A stretch of DNA of 64,000 nucleotides from Eledone cirrhosa (Eukaryota). The DNA lies in the NCBI GenBank assembly GCA_964016885.1, contig OZ024743.1, positions 86,738,001 through 86,802,000 on the forward strand, in the 5' to 3' direction. The translations under genes were made by a program, and so were the position numbers. The notes beneath the pieces were generated by a model that was not told the origin of the DNA, searched no databases, and saw only the letters and a program-made list of their open reading frames with translations. Each line of letters opens with the position of its first letter. Position 1 is the first letter of the stretch. This document shows positions 27,150 through 41,463 of the stretch, in pieces.

Positions 27150-27355
27150 CTTTTTTTCAAATACCACTTTGGAAGAAGAATCAGGATGGAGAGAGAGGTG
27201 CTGTACCCCAGCAAGTTTTATGAAAGGTGGGTGAAAGTGGCGAGAATGGCCCGAGTGAATGGGCCTTCTCTCTATATCAGTCTGTAGGTTGAGGAAAAGG
27301 AGGAGGAGAGGAAAGGAGTACAAACTCTTCGTACTCCTGGAGATGAGGGTTGCAC
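27150..27355 (+). mobile_element. 3' fragment of the same Tx1-like family, following a (CTAT)n tract
   Basis: Near-identical to ~14875-15085. Confidence 0.85.
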
Positions 27356-27418
27356 ATTATATTTTGTCTGATGAGGACGTACTGTTGTACATCCGAAATA
27401 TGTATAATAAAATGTAAT
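27356..27418 (+). ncRNA. Minimal type-I hammerhead motif, family A
   Basis: AUUAUAUUUUGU-CUGAUGA-GGACGUAC uguu GUACAUCC-GAAA-UAUGUA-UA-AUAAAAUGUAAU. Confidence 0.8.
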
Positions 27419-27454
27419 TGATCAAAAGAACATCTATTTTATTAATATTTGTAT

Positions 27455-27564
<110 letters not shown>

Positions 27565-27600
27565 ATACAAATATTAATAAAATAGATGTTCTTTTGATCA

Positions 27601-27663
27601 ATTACATTTTATTATACATATTTCGGATGTACAACAGTACGTCCTCATCAGACAAAATATAAT
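27601..27663 (-). ncRNA. Inverted copy of hammerhead family A
   Basis: Reverse complement of 27356-27418, across a central (TA)n tract. Confidence 0.8.
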
Positions 27664-27724
27664 GATACATGACATACCCTGTAAAACTCATTCTTTGATA
27701 TACTCATTGAATCTTGTTTAACTC

Positions 27725-27791
<67 letters not shown>

Positions 27792-28293
27792 ATAATAATA
27801 ATAATAATATTATTTATAGTTATATATACACTATATACAACTATAAACAGGAAAGGTCAGTAACTCATTACAACCTTATTACCAGTAAGAAAAATAGCTC
27901 AATGTAAATACATCAGATGTTTTACAGAGCAGGAATATAAATTACACAATAATCAAAACTATGTTCAAATCATTGCTTGTTTCCTGCCTAGCTGCCTGTA
28001 TATGCCTAACGCATTTGCACTCTCTATACACTTGCATATGTACTGCTAGTGTCCCCGTTTTACGAGTAACTTTCTACCTTAATGCCTCTTTAATTATGAT
28101 ACTATTCCCTTGTAATCTCTGTCGCATGCATTCCACTCTGTGCCTCTTTAATTATTATACAATTCTGTTATAATCTCTGTCAAACCCATTCCACTCTGTA
28201 AATACGAAACTGTTGATAAAAACATTAATATCCATGTATCTATATGATTGTTCAGTTGAATAGGAAGTTAATTATATGTACAAACTTTGCTAG

Positions 28294-28340
28294 TGCTCCG
28301 ATGATTCCAAACGAAAGTTTGGAAGAAACGATTATGAGCA
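28294..28340 (+). ncRNA. Degenerate hammerhead motif related to 9624-9670
   Basis: UGCU-CCGAUGA-UUCCAAAC gaaa GUUUGGAA-GAAA-CGAUUA-UG-AGCA. Stem III and the cleavage site are mutated. Confidence 0.55.
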
Positions 28341-28376
28341 ATAAAATGATTTGAACATAGTTTTGATTATTGTATA

Positions 28377-28452
<76 letters not shown>

Positions 28453-28658
28453 ATGTGTGTGTGTGTGTATGTCTGTATGTTTGTGTATATATATATATAT
28501 ATAGTTAAATCTTAGACAGGAACAAAAACAGAGAGGCAGTACAAATATGAGTTTATTAGGTTCACGCTTTTACATATATATATAAATACATATATATGAC
28601 TTAATAATGTGATCGACTTCACAATTAAATCTTTATGTTGTTGTTTATATATATTTAG

Positions 28659-28912
28659 GGTAAAGAGTATTTACGAAGTGTAAAGAAATGTCACATGGCA
28701 GCGTTTATCCCAACCCTCAAGTCTAATGCCCCCACCTGTTCACAGATCGAAGTAACTGGGTTCGACATACTCAACGGAGGTATCCTCCCATTAAACACTG
28801 TCGATAAAAGCTGTTTCTTCCAGCATGGATCCTTCTGCCAGTTATTAGAGGATCCACAGAACACTCAACTACTCTTTGACGTGTATGGAGGTCACGGCTA
28901 CACAGAATACAG
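28659..28912 (+). CDS. Exon 3 of stanniocalcin-like protein
   Basis: Acceptor ..ATATTTAG, donor CAG|GTTAGT; phase 0 in, phase 2 out. Reads GKEYLRSVKKCHMAAFIPTLKSNAPTCSQIEVTGFDILNGGILPLNTVDKSCFFQHGSFCQLLEDPQNTQLLFDVYGGHGYTEY(R). Confidence 0.85.
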
Positions 28913-29859
28913 GTTAGTAGAATATTTCTGAAAATTAAAAAAACGTTTTCTTAAAAAACTCCCCCAAAATTTTCTTAATATTTTCGAAAAAATATTAGCA
29001 AAATTTTCCCTCAATTTTTTCGAAAAACTTTCCTCAAAATTTCCCCCAAAATCGTTTTCAAAATTATTAACAAATTTTTTTATTTTCGTTAAACTTTTTC
29101 TAATATTTTACTGAAAATGTTCTCGAAACTCTCCAAAATATTTCATCGAAAATTTCCCCTCATACTTCATCAAAAGATTTTTAAATTCCTTCAAGATTTA
29201 AAAAAATAATTTTTCTCGAAAATTTTAAAATTCTTTTCCCAAAAATTCATTAAAACCTTTTCAAAAAGCTTCTCATACATTTTCCTTAAAAAAAAAAAGA
29301 AAATGCTATCAAAATGTTTCGAAAACTTTTCACCAAAAACTAATTTTTCCAAAAATTTCTCAAAATTATTTTTTCATTTTCTATTTTGAAAATTTTCCTC
29401 TAAATTTTCTTTAAAATTTTTATTAAAATTTTTTCGGAAAAAAAAAAGAGAAAATAAAACGACCAAAACATTTTGGAAAAAATTAGAAATATTTTGAAAA
29501 AAATTTGAAGAAAATCTTGAATAAATTAGAAAAGTTTTGATAAAGATTTTTGAAACTTTTGAGAAAATTTTGATAAAAAAAGATTACACGTTTCATTTAA
29601 CAAATTGTCCTTTCGCATAACACGATCAATCGTTTGTTTCTCTGTCTCCCTTCCCATACTGAAGCCGCCACCACCACATTCCCATTATCTCATCACCTCC
29701 ACTGAGATCCCCCAAAAACTTTTATGACGTTTCTATTCAAACGTACATTTGAAGAAAAAAAAAAAATACAGGTGATTTAGTGATAGAGTGTAACAGAACA
29801 ATGAGATGGTTTGCTTTGAAAGCTATCATACCCATTCTCTATATATATATATTTGAAAG

Positions 29860-29961
<102 letters not shown>

Positions 29962-30002
29962 AATCAGATTAAGAAAATTGCTGGTGTTACATAAATCTTT
30001 TA

Positions 30003-30100
30003 TTCATAATAATTATTTCAACATTCAGCAGTTCCCTTATGCAATCCATGATGTAACTTATGCATTTGTTGTTGTTATGGGAACGGTATCTTCAGATGAA
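30003..30100 (-). ncRNA. Hammerhead motif with long imperfect stem II
   Basis: Minus strand: UUCAU-CUGAAGA-[..GUUCCC..GGGAAC..]-GAAA-UAAUUA-UU-AUGAA. It lies between (TA)n tracts. Confidence 0.55.
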
Positions 30101-30885
30101 AATCCGTTTTTGTGATATGCTGCAGGCCAAAAAAAAAAGCACGTCCTTCTTCTCATGTGCCTGGCTGACATATCTCCATCGTAACTACAAGCTACGAATG
30201 TAGAGAGCTTTCTCCTGCTTACACCTGTTTTTACCGAAACAACTTCAACTGAACACAATATATATATATATAGGGAGTGTAACTTGGAGTTACTGTAGGT
30301 TCACCCGGGTGAGCACTCGATGTTTAGGTTCACTTCTGTGTCGAGACAACGCGATTTCGACTAATATCATTGTTTGATACTACTTAAACATGAGTATCAC
30401 GGACGTGGCTTTTGAGCCCTTGCTTGGGACTTGCCTATGGCCAGCAATGCCAAGCATCGCCAAAAGATGTGACATATCAAGCGATGCTTGTTCTTGAAGA
30501 TTTTTTTAAAGTGAGGAAAGGCTTTTCACGGGGTCAGTCCCACTCTCTGAACATCGAAAGAATTTACCCCAAAAGAAGAACTGGTCTACATCATTGGATG
30601 CAAATGAAGTCGCAGGCTTTATATCAGAGTGACCTCCTCCTAGAGAATTCCCTTTTCTCACAAGCGTAAAACTAACAAGACTTTGTGTAATTGTTCTTCG
30701 CGTCCGTATATATATATATATATATCACCACCAACTCATCACTACCCCCCCCCCCCCACCTACGCTACAGGCTAAAATATTCCTCCTAATTAACCCACCA
30801 ATCAAAACAACTTTTACTGACCATCATATGAACTTTAGACTATTTCGTACGCCATTTATATTCATTCTGTCATTACTACCACAGA

Positions 30886-30973
30886 GGTCCGACGAGCTAT
30901 TGATTACAGAGTCGGGCTAGATCGATACAGATCGAACCTTGAGCTGATCAATAGCGAAACGCCGCGCGTCACC
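30886..30973 (+). ncRNA. Type-I hammerhead motif (U4C variant), long stem II
   Basis: GGU-CCGACGA-GCUAUUGAUUA...UGAUCAAUAGC-GAAA-CGC cgc GCG-UC-ACC, followed by AATAAA and (TA)n. Confidence 0.7.
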
Positions 30974-31015
30974 AACCAATAAACGTAATGAGGGAGTAAC
31001 CACTCGTCCTTGTTT

Positions 31016-31103
<88 letters not shown>

Positions 31104-31370
31104 ATATATATATATATGTATATATATATACGCTATTTATTTTATTACACCTGCGAATCTATACTAATGGTTTGGGGGAGCTCCGTGATTAATGTCCTTA
31201 TTCAAACCAGTGGAGATTGGCAGGTATAATAAACCAAATTATATCACTCCATCACTCCACTTCTATGTTTAGTTTTGTTGCTCTAGGTTGCACAGCCAAA
31301 CACACACACACACACACACACACACAGAGAGACACACACACGCACGCACAGAGAGAGAGACACACACACG

Positions 31371-31413
<43 letters not shown>

Positions 31414-31567
31414 ACAGAGAGAGAGAGAGACACACACACGCACGCACAGAGAGAGAGACACACACACGCACGCACACACACACACACACACACACACGAA
31501 CACATACACACACAGACACACACACACGCACACACACACACACACACACACACGCACGAACACATAC

Positions 31568-31599
<32 letters not shown>

Positions 31600-31776
31600 G
31601 AACACACGCACACACACACACACACACACATACACGAACACACACACACGCACACGCACACACACACACACGAACACATACACACACAGACACACACACA
31701 CACACACACACACACGAACACATACACACGCACACATACACACACACACACACACGAACACACACACACACACACG

Positions 31777-31853
<77 letters not shown>

Positions 31854-32073
31854 ACACACACACACACACACATACACACACACACACGCACACACAGACA
31901 CACACACACACACACACACATACACATACACACAGACACACAGATAGACAGACACACACATTAATGTATATATATATGTATATTATATATTTATATGTAG
32001 ATACACATGAACATATATATATATACATAGATATATACATATATCTATATATATATGCATACATACATTCACG

Positions 32074-32152
<79 letters not shown>

Positions 32153-32288
32153 AATATAAAATACTACATTGTAACACGAGCTACCATTGCCACAATCTCG
32201 TCTGCCATGTCCCAAGCTCCTTAATCCGTAAGCCTATTCAGTTTCTCAGACAATTTTGTTGTTGTTACTGCTGTTATTGTTGTTGTTG

Positions 32289-32323
<35 letters not shown>

Positions 32324-32381
32324 ATTTTTGTTGTTACTGCTGTTGTTGTTGGTGGTGGTAGTGGTGCTGTTGCTGTCGTCC

Positions 32382-32416
<35 letters not shown>

Positions 32417-33123
32417 TCTGTTGTTTTTGTTGGTGTTGCTCTGACAATGCAAATTAATTTGCAAGAGTGGGATATTGGAAGATATCGTATGTGATGTATG
32501 ATTGGGCGGGGGGGGGGGGGGGGGGAACGTGGTGGTAATGGTGGTGGGAATGGCGGCGTCAGAGACTGATAGTATTATCACACCAGGACAAGGTAAGAGA
32601 AAGACATTGAGCAATTCTATCGATGGAACTCAATATCAAATGTTCCAAAGCAATCAGTTTACCATATGCCGCAGGAAGATATTCAGAATAATTTTCACAT
32701 CAAATTCACATCAGTGAAAACAGAGATATGTCTCTCAGATTATATTGGATATCGGATTCTTTGCAACAGATTTTGGTAATGTGTTTTCTCTTTTCTGTGT
32801 ATGTGAGCATATACACACACACACACACATAGACACACGCACGCACACACGGATACACACACACAGACACATACATAGACACACGCACGCACGCACACAC
32901 GGATACACACACACAGACACACGCACGCACACACACGGATACACACACATAGACACACGCACGCACGCACACACGGATACACACACACAGACACACGCAC
33001 GCACACACACGGATACACACACACAGACACACGCACGCACACACACAGACACACGCACGCACGCACGCACGCACGCATACTCACGCATACACATGCATGC
33101 ACACACACGCGCGCACACACATG

Positions 33124-33160
<37 letters not shown>

Positions 33161-33545
33161 TTATAGTGTATATGTATGTAATGTATGTGTATGTATATTT
33201 AGGGTAGTTATTGATGTTGAGTAGACTGTTTGGAGCAATAACAGTCTTATGTATGTATATATATATACACACATAAATGTGTATATATATATATATATAT
33301 CATATATATATACATATAAATGTATATATATATATCATATATATATATATACATATAAATCTATATATAAATGTATATATATATATATCATATATATATA
33401 CACACACATAAATATGTGTATATATCATATATCATATATATATATATATAAAATATTAAAAAAATAATGAATAAAACAATGAAACAGTTCCTTATATTAA
33501 ACAAAAAAAGTTCATTATTTAACGATCGTTTTTTAACGATCGAAA

Positions 33546-33733
33546 GGGCGGTGGATTGGTAGTATCGGTAGAGGGTCGGACGCCATGCTTTCCAGCATAG
33601 TTACGTCCCTTTACCATCTGAGTTCAATTCCCGCCGAGGTTGACTTTGCCTTTCATCCTTACGGGGTCGATAAAATAAAGTACCAGTAATGCACTGGTAA
33701 TTGCTGACCTTGTGCCTAAAGTAGAAACAATTA
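33546..33733 (+). mobile_element. tRNA-derived SINE copy
   Basis: Same family as 4261-4452. TTAACGATCG on both sides is a probable TSD. Confidence 0.85.
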
Positions 33734-33894
33734 TTTAACGATCGTTTTTAGGACATATATGTGTTAGAATTGGCATGCATATTCAACAGATCTATGTACA
33801 AAATTATACAAAATTATACAAACTATCAAATATAATATACATACCAACACATACATATGCCGTCTTCAGAAATAATATATTCATATATATACAT

Positions 33895-34400
33895 GATGGC
33901 TGCAAACTCTGCTAAGAGTACTGCAATCACTTGTCAGATTATAGAGTTTGGTGTACTTTTAGGCTACGGCCAGCCACACAAATACACAAACCTGTGTCTT
34001 GAAGGTTTTTTTAAGTGGGGAAAGGCTTTGCACTCGACCAATCCCATTCTCTCAGCATCGAAAACACTACCCGAAAAGGAGAACTGGTCAACATCATCGG
34101 ATGCTTCCGAAGCCGCAGGTTTTTTTTTTCCAGAGTTTCTCTCTCTCAGGTGTTGTGACAAGAACTGGGGCCCCTTCACTCGCAGGTGAAAACAAAAAAA
34201 AACAACAAAAATTGGATGGCATTTGATTCTGTTGAGTTCCTCCGCCCTTCGCCGGGTGGGTCTTATATTTCATCCTGCAGGGTGTCCAAAGTTACCCTCC
34301 TCACCAAGCAAGCTTGGTGGGGCTGTCGGTTTAGTCACCGACGACCCGACCATGAGACAGGTTGTACTGGGTTACCAGTAGCACTCGAGAGTGAGCTGAC
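33895..34400 (-). mobile_element. Diverged copy of the RTE-derived non-autonomous family
   Basis: 34210-34400 is similar to 1736-1930, and upstream parts are similar to 1390-1640 and 30480-30670. Confidence 0.55.
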
Positions 34401-34552
34401 ACACACACATATATATATGCAGAGTTTATATTTAATTTGTTGGGATTCAACAAGCTTAACATTTTTTATAACTGATATAAAGCACTCAACAGTTTAGTGG
34501 AGTAAATACACAATATATTAATAAATGGAAACTATATTTATAAAACCATATT

Positions 34553-34809
34553 TATTTTATTATACATATTTCAAGAGCCACCAAGGCAAATTATGGTGCG
34601 CTTTCATCAGATAAAATACAGATTTGTTTTATAAATAAATATTGACATACCCGGAAAAAAAGAACCTTAACTATCCAGGAAGCTCCAACCGTTAAGGTTG
34701 TTTTTTTCCGGATATGTCAATATTTATTTATAAAATAAATCTGTATTTTATCTGATGAAAGCGGACCATAATTTGCCTTGGTGGCCCTTGAAATATGTAT
34801 AATAAAATA
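34553..34809. ncRNA. Inverted pair of family-A hammerheads (34553-34618 minus, 34744-34809 plus)
   Basis: UAUUUUAU-CUGAUGA-AAG..ACCA..UGGU..CUU-GAAA-UAUGUA-UA-AUAAAAUA in both arms of the inverted repeat ~34510-34670 / ~34690-34853. Confidence 0.75.
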
Positions 34810-35137
34810 AATATGGTTTTATAAATATAGTTTCCATTTATTAATATATTGTATATATATATATGTTTGTCTCCCCCCCGTCTCCCCCGCCCTCTCTATC
34901 TCTCTCTCTATATATATACACCCAGTACACACGGACATACATCAAGCGAACTAATCCAACCGTAACCCGTGTGTGTATGTATGCACATCCACATCTACAA
35001 GCGAATAGCTGAATCAACATATGTTCTTCTATGCATATATACGCATGCACATATTATAAACACATATACACAAATATAATATATACATATTCACAGGCAG
35101 AAAGCTCACTTACACGCACGAGTAGGTGATACAACAA

Positions 35138-35349
35138 TGGTTTCTGATAGGCACAAGGCCACCATTTTGGGGAGAAGGGAAAGTCGATCAAATCGACCCC
35201 AATGCATTACTGGTACTTTATTTATCGACCCCGTAAGGATGAAAGGCAAAGTTAACCTCGGTGGGATTTGAACTCAGAACGCAAAGGGCCGTAACTCTAT
35301 GCCTCAATGCAGATTGTCCGACGCTTTACCGATACTGCCAATCCATCAC
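35138..35349 (-). mobile_element. tRNA-derived SINE copy
   Basis: Same family as 4261-4452. Confidence 0.85.
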
Positions 35350-35469
35350 TCTAGTAGGTAGGTGATACAATAATAGAAAAGAGTGTATAGACATTGAAGT
35401 ACACAATATATAATATATAGCAAGTAGGCGGGTTATAAAGGTACAGAGGTGCGTTGTCAGAGATCTGTT

Positions 35470-35992
35470 CGAGAGAAAGAGAGATAGGGAGGGGGAGACA
35501 AAGCGAGAGAGAGAGAATGGCGAGAGAGGGAGAGAGAGGGGGAGACAAAGCGAGAGAGAGAGAGAAAGGGAGCGAGGGAGGGGGAGACAAAGTGAGAGAG
35601 AGAGAATGGCGAGAGAGAGAGAGAGGGAGAGAGAGGAGGGAGGAGACAAGGCGAGAGAGAGAGAGTGAGTATGGAGAGAGAGAATGGAGAGAGCGGGAGG
35701 GGGAGACAAGGCAAGAGAGAGAACGAGAGAAAAGGAGAGAGAAAGAGAGGAAAGCGAGAGGGAGAAAGAGAGAGGGAGAAAGAGGGAGGGAGAAAGAGAG
35801 AGAGGGGAATCTGTTCTAGAGAAAGAGAAAGAGCGAAAGAGAGAGAGAAAGAAAGAGAAAGAGAGAAAGAGCGAGAAAGAAAGAGGAGGACTGAAGGAGC
35901 GGGAGAGAGAAGGAAAGGGACAGTGAGAGAGGTAGAGAGAAGGCGAGAGAGGAGAGGCAGAAAGAGAGAGGAAGAGAGAAGGAGAGAGAGAG
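35470..35992. repeat. Polypurine (GA-rich) tract
   Basis: Direct inspection. Confidence 0.9.
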
Positions 35993-36448
35993 TGTATAAA
36001 ATCTCGTCTTGAAGGGGTTTGATGTTATACCGATGTAAGTTCTCGTGCTGGAGGATGTCTTACCTGAACATTTATACAGAATGTCTTTAAATATATTCGT
36101 ACATTAAAAGTTAACTGGGCAGGTGTTGAGATTAGAATAATTACATAGGTTACTTGAACCGCTTTCGGTGAAGCTATTCAGCTGAAATATGTTGGACTTA
36201 GCGAAGTTTAGGATGATGCTACATGAAAGAGCCTAATTTTCTATAAAGGATTTAGTAGATTTTTTTATTGTGTAGTAGTGTTTCAGGAGTAGTTTGAAGA
36301 AATATCAAGCGAGTGGACAAGAGACTGCTAAATTGAAAGGTGTATCATATAATTTAATTGTTTCTACATCTGTTACAGTTAGGGATGCTAGGTGAGGTGT
36401 TCAGAGGATTTGTTTTCTTTAGAGACACTCTTAGTAAGGACATTATTA

Positions 36449-36632
36449 TTGGCAGTGTCGGTAGAGGGTCGGACGTCATGCTTTCACGTATAGAGTTACG
36501 GCCCTTGCCATTCTGAGTTCAAATCCCGCCGAGGTTAACTTTGCCTTTCATCCTTACGGGGTCGGTAAAATAAAGTACCAGTAATGCACTGGGTAATTGC
36601 TGGCCTTGTGCCAAAAGTAGAAACAATTATTA
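36449..36632 (+). mobile_element. tRNA-derived SINE copy
   Basis: Same family as 4261-4452. Confidence 0.85.
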
Positions 36633-36724
36633 TAATAGCGTGCCGAATCATTGAAGATTTTTCTCGTTAGTAGAAAGGTTGGAAATTTTAAGGGATATGT
36701 TTTAGCTATCATAGATGTTTTTCC

Positions 36725-36985
36725 ATCTCAAAAACACAAATTGAGATGGTACGGGCTCTTGACAAGATCTTCAGGGATTGCCAAGACTGTCGTACAGGGA
36801 GGGAAGAAGAGAGGCAGACAGAGAAAGAGATGGGAGGACAACATACCGGAACGGACAGGCATGAGGCTTGGTGCAACCATAAGAAAGGCGGAGAGGTGAG
36901 AGGAATGGAAAGAGCTGGTTGCCAGGTCATCTGAGATGCCCCAAAGGTCCACCAAAATACGGGACGGATGAGATGAGATAGGAGA
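36725..36985 (+). mobile_element. RTE 3' end fragment
   Basis: 'KLRWYG..RSSGIAKTVVQG..KRGRQRKRWEDNI' followed by a GATGA tail. Confidence 0.75.
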
Positions 36986-38032
36986 GATGTTTTTAGGATG
37001 ATTTGACTGCATGTAAACGATCTGAGTTATACAGACAATCATTTGTCATTGCCTCCATCAGTGAACCAACGATGGGCTCGTTGGAATCCTGCAACGAACG
37101 ACGCCATTGTTTCCTAATTCTGATGAAAAATACATAACTAAACAAAATAAATCAAGCGCGAACCCCCCCCCCCCCCCCCCCAAAAAAAAAAAAAAAAAAA
37201 AAAAAAAACACCACCAACAACAACAAAACAAACAAAATCAAACAAAAAATAAAATTGCTATGAAAATACGAAACCGTGGCTTCATCTTTAGGCCATATAA
37301 TTGATTTTCTAGAATGGCGGAATGTTTTGCACTTCACATTTGACCAGGTTTTATGTACAAATCAATTACACTTGTATTCATATTGCTCTATCAAAATTAC
37401 TCTCCTAATCGATACAGTTTAATGATGCTAGATTAATATATAGATTAATATATCTAGATATGCACAGACTCTACCATTAAAATATTGGCATTGATGGTTT
37501 AGAACAGTTTTACTTGTTTTTGTTTTTACTACACTTGTTACTACTGTTGTTGTTGTTACTGTTGTTGTTGTTACTGTTGTTGATATTGCTACTGCTGTTG
37601 TTGTTACTGCTGTTACTGTTGTTGTTGTTACTGTTGTTACTGTTGTTGTTATTACTGTTGTTACTGTTGTTGTTGTTACTGTTGTTACTGTTGTTGTTGT
37701 TACTGTTGTTACTGTTGTTGTTGTTACTGTTGTTGATATTGTACTGCTGTTGTTGCTACTGCTGTTACTGTTGTTGTTGTTCCTGTTGTTGTTGTTGCTA
37801 CTGTTGTTGTTACTGTTGTTGTTGTTACTGTTGTTGTTGTTGTTACTGTTGTTGTTGTTACTGTTGTTGATATTGCTACTGCTGTTGTTGTTACTGTTGT
37901 TGTTTCTACTGTTGTTGTTGTTGCTACTGTTGTTGTTACTGTTGTTGTTGTTACTGTTGTTGTTTCTACTGTTGTTGCTACTGTTGTTGTTGTTTCTACT
38001 GTTGTTGTTGTTGTTGCTACTGTTGTTGTTAC

Positions 38033-38063
<31 letters not shown>

Positions 38064-38587
38064 GCTACTGTTGTTGTTGTTGTTGCTGTTGTTGGTTCTA
38101 CTGTTGTTGATGTTGCTGTTGCTGTTGTTGTTACTGTTGTTGTTGTTGCTGTTGTTGATGAAATTATGCTGTTATATTGGGATTGGAGAAGAATAGAACG
38201 GAAATTATTTTGAAGAAATATATAATTATAGGCGAATAATGATTTCTCTGTATTAAGCAGTGTTCCACGGTAGAAGAATAGATTGAAACATATACATACA
38301 TATGCACAAAGACACACACACACAGACACACAGACACACACGCACAAAGACACACATACACACACAGACATATATATGTACAAACACACATACATGCACA
38401 AAGACACACGAACACACACACAAGTGTACAAAGACATACAAATGTATAAAGACATATGCACAAACACACATATGCGCAAACACACACACATATACAAAGA
38501 CATACATGCACCATGACAGGTCAAAGTATAATCATATAAATATAGAAGGTGATATGCATCAACAGATTGACGCTGTGTATTCATATG

Positions 38588-38660
<73 letters not shown>

Positions 38661-38721
38661 ACACACACACACACACACTCACACACACACACACACACAC
38701 ATACACACACACACACACACA

Positions 38722-38800
<79 letters not shown>

Positions 38801-39001
38801 TGATAGATTAATATATATTGTTATACTTTAGGTGAGTCATATATATATATATATATATATTTAAAGGTTAAACAAGGTTCAATGAATAAATCAAAGAATG
38901 AGTTTTACAATAGATTGGAAGCACTCAACAGTTATGGTTTTCCGGAGTTATTAATATTAATTCAAAATATTAACAAAAATAGACATTCGTGTGATCAAGT
39001 A

Positions 39002-39771
39002 TATTTTATTATACATATTTCAGAGGTACTGAGCTATCTTCAACAGTACGTCCTCATCAGATAAAATAAGATGATGCATGACATACCCTGACATAGTAGA
39101 TGGTTAAGATCCAGTCATGGCAGTGAGTAAGATATGAAAAAACTCAATATTTATATACCTTAAAATTGAGACATGGATAAACTTACATATAATACATATA
39201 ATACAGAGGGTGCATGTGAGAAAGCTTAAAAATACATAATAGCAATTTACATAACTGTTAGAAATTCAAATAATTTAAATTATTGAAGAAGAAAGACAGA
39301 GAGAAAAAATATAGTTATTAGAAGTATAGAAAGCAAAAGAGAATTGATCAACGACAATACACCCCCCCCCCTATGCTTTATACTATAAAAATTATTCCTC
39401 CTTGTCTCTCTATCCTTGATTAATTCTCTTTTGCTTTCTATACTTCTAGTAACTATATTTTTTCTCTCTGTCTTTCTTCTTTCTTTCTTCTTTCTTCAAT
39501 AATTTAAATTATTTGAATCTCTAACAGTTATACAAATTGCTATTATGTATTTTTAAGCTTTCTCACACGCACCCTCTGTATTATATGCAAATTTTTTCAT
39601 GTCTCAATCTTAAGGTATATAAATATTGAGTTTTGTCATATCTTATTCACTACCATGACTGAATCTTAACCATCTACTAAGTCAGGGTATGTCATGCATC
39701 ATCTTATTTTATCTGATGAGGACGTACTGTTGAACTTAACTCAGTACCTCTGAAATATGTATAATAAAATA
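39002..39771. ncRNA. Inverted pair of family-A hammerheads (39002-39068 minus, 39705-39771 plus) in ~390-bp arms
   Basis: UAUUUUAU-CUGAUGA-GGACGUACUG..CAGUACCUCU-GAAA-UAUGUA-UA-AUAAAAUA. Arms are ~38955-39350 and ~39416-39815. Confidence 0.8.
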
Positions 39772-40875
39772 TAATTGATCACAAGAATATCTATTTTGTT
39801 AATATTTTTAATTAATATATATATATATATATAATAGGTGGTCACTCAGAATCGAGGATGTCCCGGTAACATCAAGACATGCTTATATGTTTATATATAT
39901 ATATAAATGTGTATGTCTTGACAAACACATATATATCACAGTTTACATTTAGAAGAATCTTTCTAGTCACTCGCCATTATTTCACTCTCTTTCGTCTTCA
40001 AAAAATACATGACGTATTGAATAATGTAGTCCTAGATACATTACGTCTGAATAAAAGAGAAAATGGTTATGGGTTACTTTTAAACATATGTCTACTGGGT
40101 CATAAAATAGAATACCACGACCACCACAACAACCACAGCCATCACAATCACACCAACTACAAATAAACAACTGCAACCACAACAACAACTATAACCACAA
40201 CAACAACTATAACCACTACAACAACTATAACCACTACAACAATTACAACAACTACAACCACCACAACCACCACAACAACAACTATAACCACTACAACAAC
40301 TATAACCACTACAACAATCACAACAACCACAACCACCACAACCACCACAACAACTATAACCACTACAAAAACTATAACCACTACAACAATCACAACAACC
40401 ACAACCACCACAACCACCACAACCACCACAACCACCACAACAACCACAACAACAACCACAACAACCACAACCACCACAACCACCACAACAACCACAACAC
40501 CACAACAACCACAACCACAACAACTACAACAACCACAACTGCAACCACCGCAATAATCACAACCACCACAACAACCACAACCACCACAACCACCACAACA
40601 ATCACAACCAGCACAACAATCACAACCACCACAACAACCACCACCACAACAACCACAACAACAACCACAACTACCACCACAACCAAAACCACTACAACAA
40701 TCACAACTACAACTAAAACAATAAGAACATAAAAAACGACTAAAGTTACAACTTAAGATATTTCTCCCGTGTAATCTTATACAGAGCAATCTGCACATTT
40801 CATTGAAAATAGCAGACGATATATAAAACAAAGATGGTCGACTATAACGTGCATTTTTATTCATTGTCTTTTCAG

Positions 40876-40984
40876 ACTGTTCGTTCATTTTGTGAAGTTA
40901 CTGGTGCATTGCTCTCACACTGCCAGACGGAGTTTTAACAAACACTACGCCAGTAAATTTGTCATTTATGATGAATATGAATAG
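40876..40984 (+). CDS. Exon 4 (terminal coding exon) of stanniocalcin-like protein
   Basis: Strong acceptor TTTTTATTCATTGTCTTTTCAG, phase 2. Reads (R)LFVHFVKLLVHCSHTARRSFNKHYASKFVIYDEYE* and supplies the 10th Cys. Confidence 0.7.
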
Positions 40985-41059
40985 ATATAAAGATCTATGT
41001 ATATGATTAATATGTATATGTATATGGATAGGTATATGTATATCTATATGTATATGTTT

Positions 41060-41360
41060 GTATGTATGTTCTTCTGGTTTTATAATTTCACAAATTTTTG
41101 CCAATAGAGAGAGAGAGTCGGTTTCTAACATAGCTACAAGACTCCCTCATTGGAATTTACACAGCATCAACTAGGTCTGCATGCATGTGTAGGTCTGCAT
41201 GCATGTTATTGTATGTGTGGATGTGGATGTTTTGAGTTGTATGTGTGCATGTGTATATGCTTTGTATCTGTACACGTGTATATGCAGTTATTAGATGCAA
41301 CATTTTTGGAATGTTTTACATATTTTTACTGTTCCATTAATGGATTGTACTTGTAATTGT
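41060..41360 (-). mobile_element. 3' end of the R4/Dong-like LINE family
   Basis: Reverse complement of ~3410-3700. Confidence 0.8.
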
Positions 41361-41463
41361 AAATGTACTTGTAAATGTATGTATGTTTGTATGAATGTAT
41401 GTACTTGTGTAGATATACGAGTATATATATGTGTATGTATATGTATATGTGTATATATATGTA

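Noticed and set aside
32715-32810. Alternative exon 4 candidate (R)[15 protein letters not shown]
   Set aside because: The polypyrimidine tract is poor and the frame runs into a CA microsatellite.
35993-36040. TATAAAA after the GA tract as a promoter
   Set aside because: It is an isolated motif inside an intron with no supportable downstream gene.
37313-37343. Alternative terminal exon (R)MAECFALHI* for the stanniocalcin-like gene
   Set aside because: It is phase-compatible, but the acceptor is weaker and the last Cys would be too close. 40876-40984 fits the expected R-x11-C spacing.
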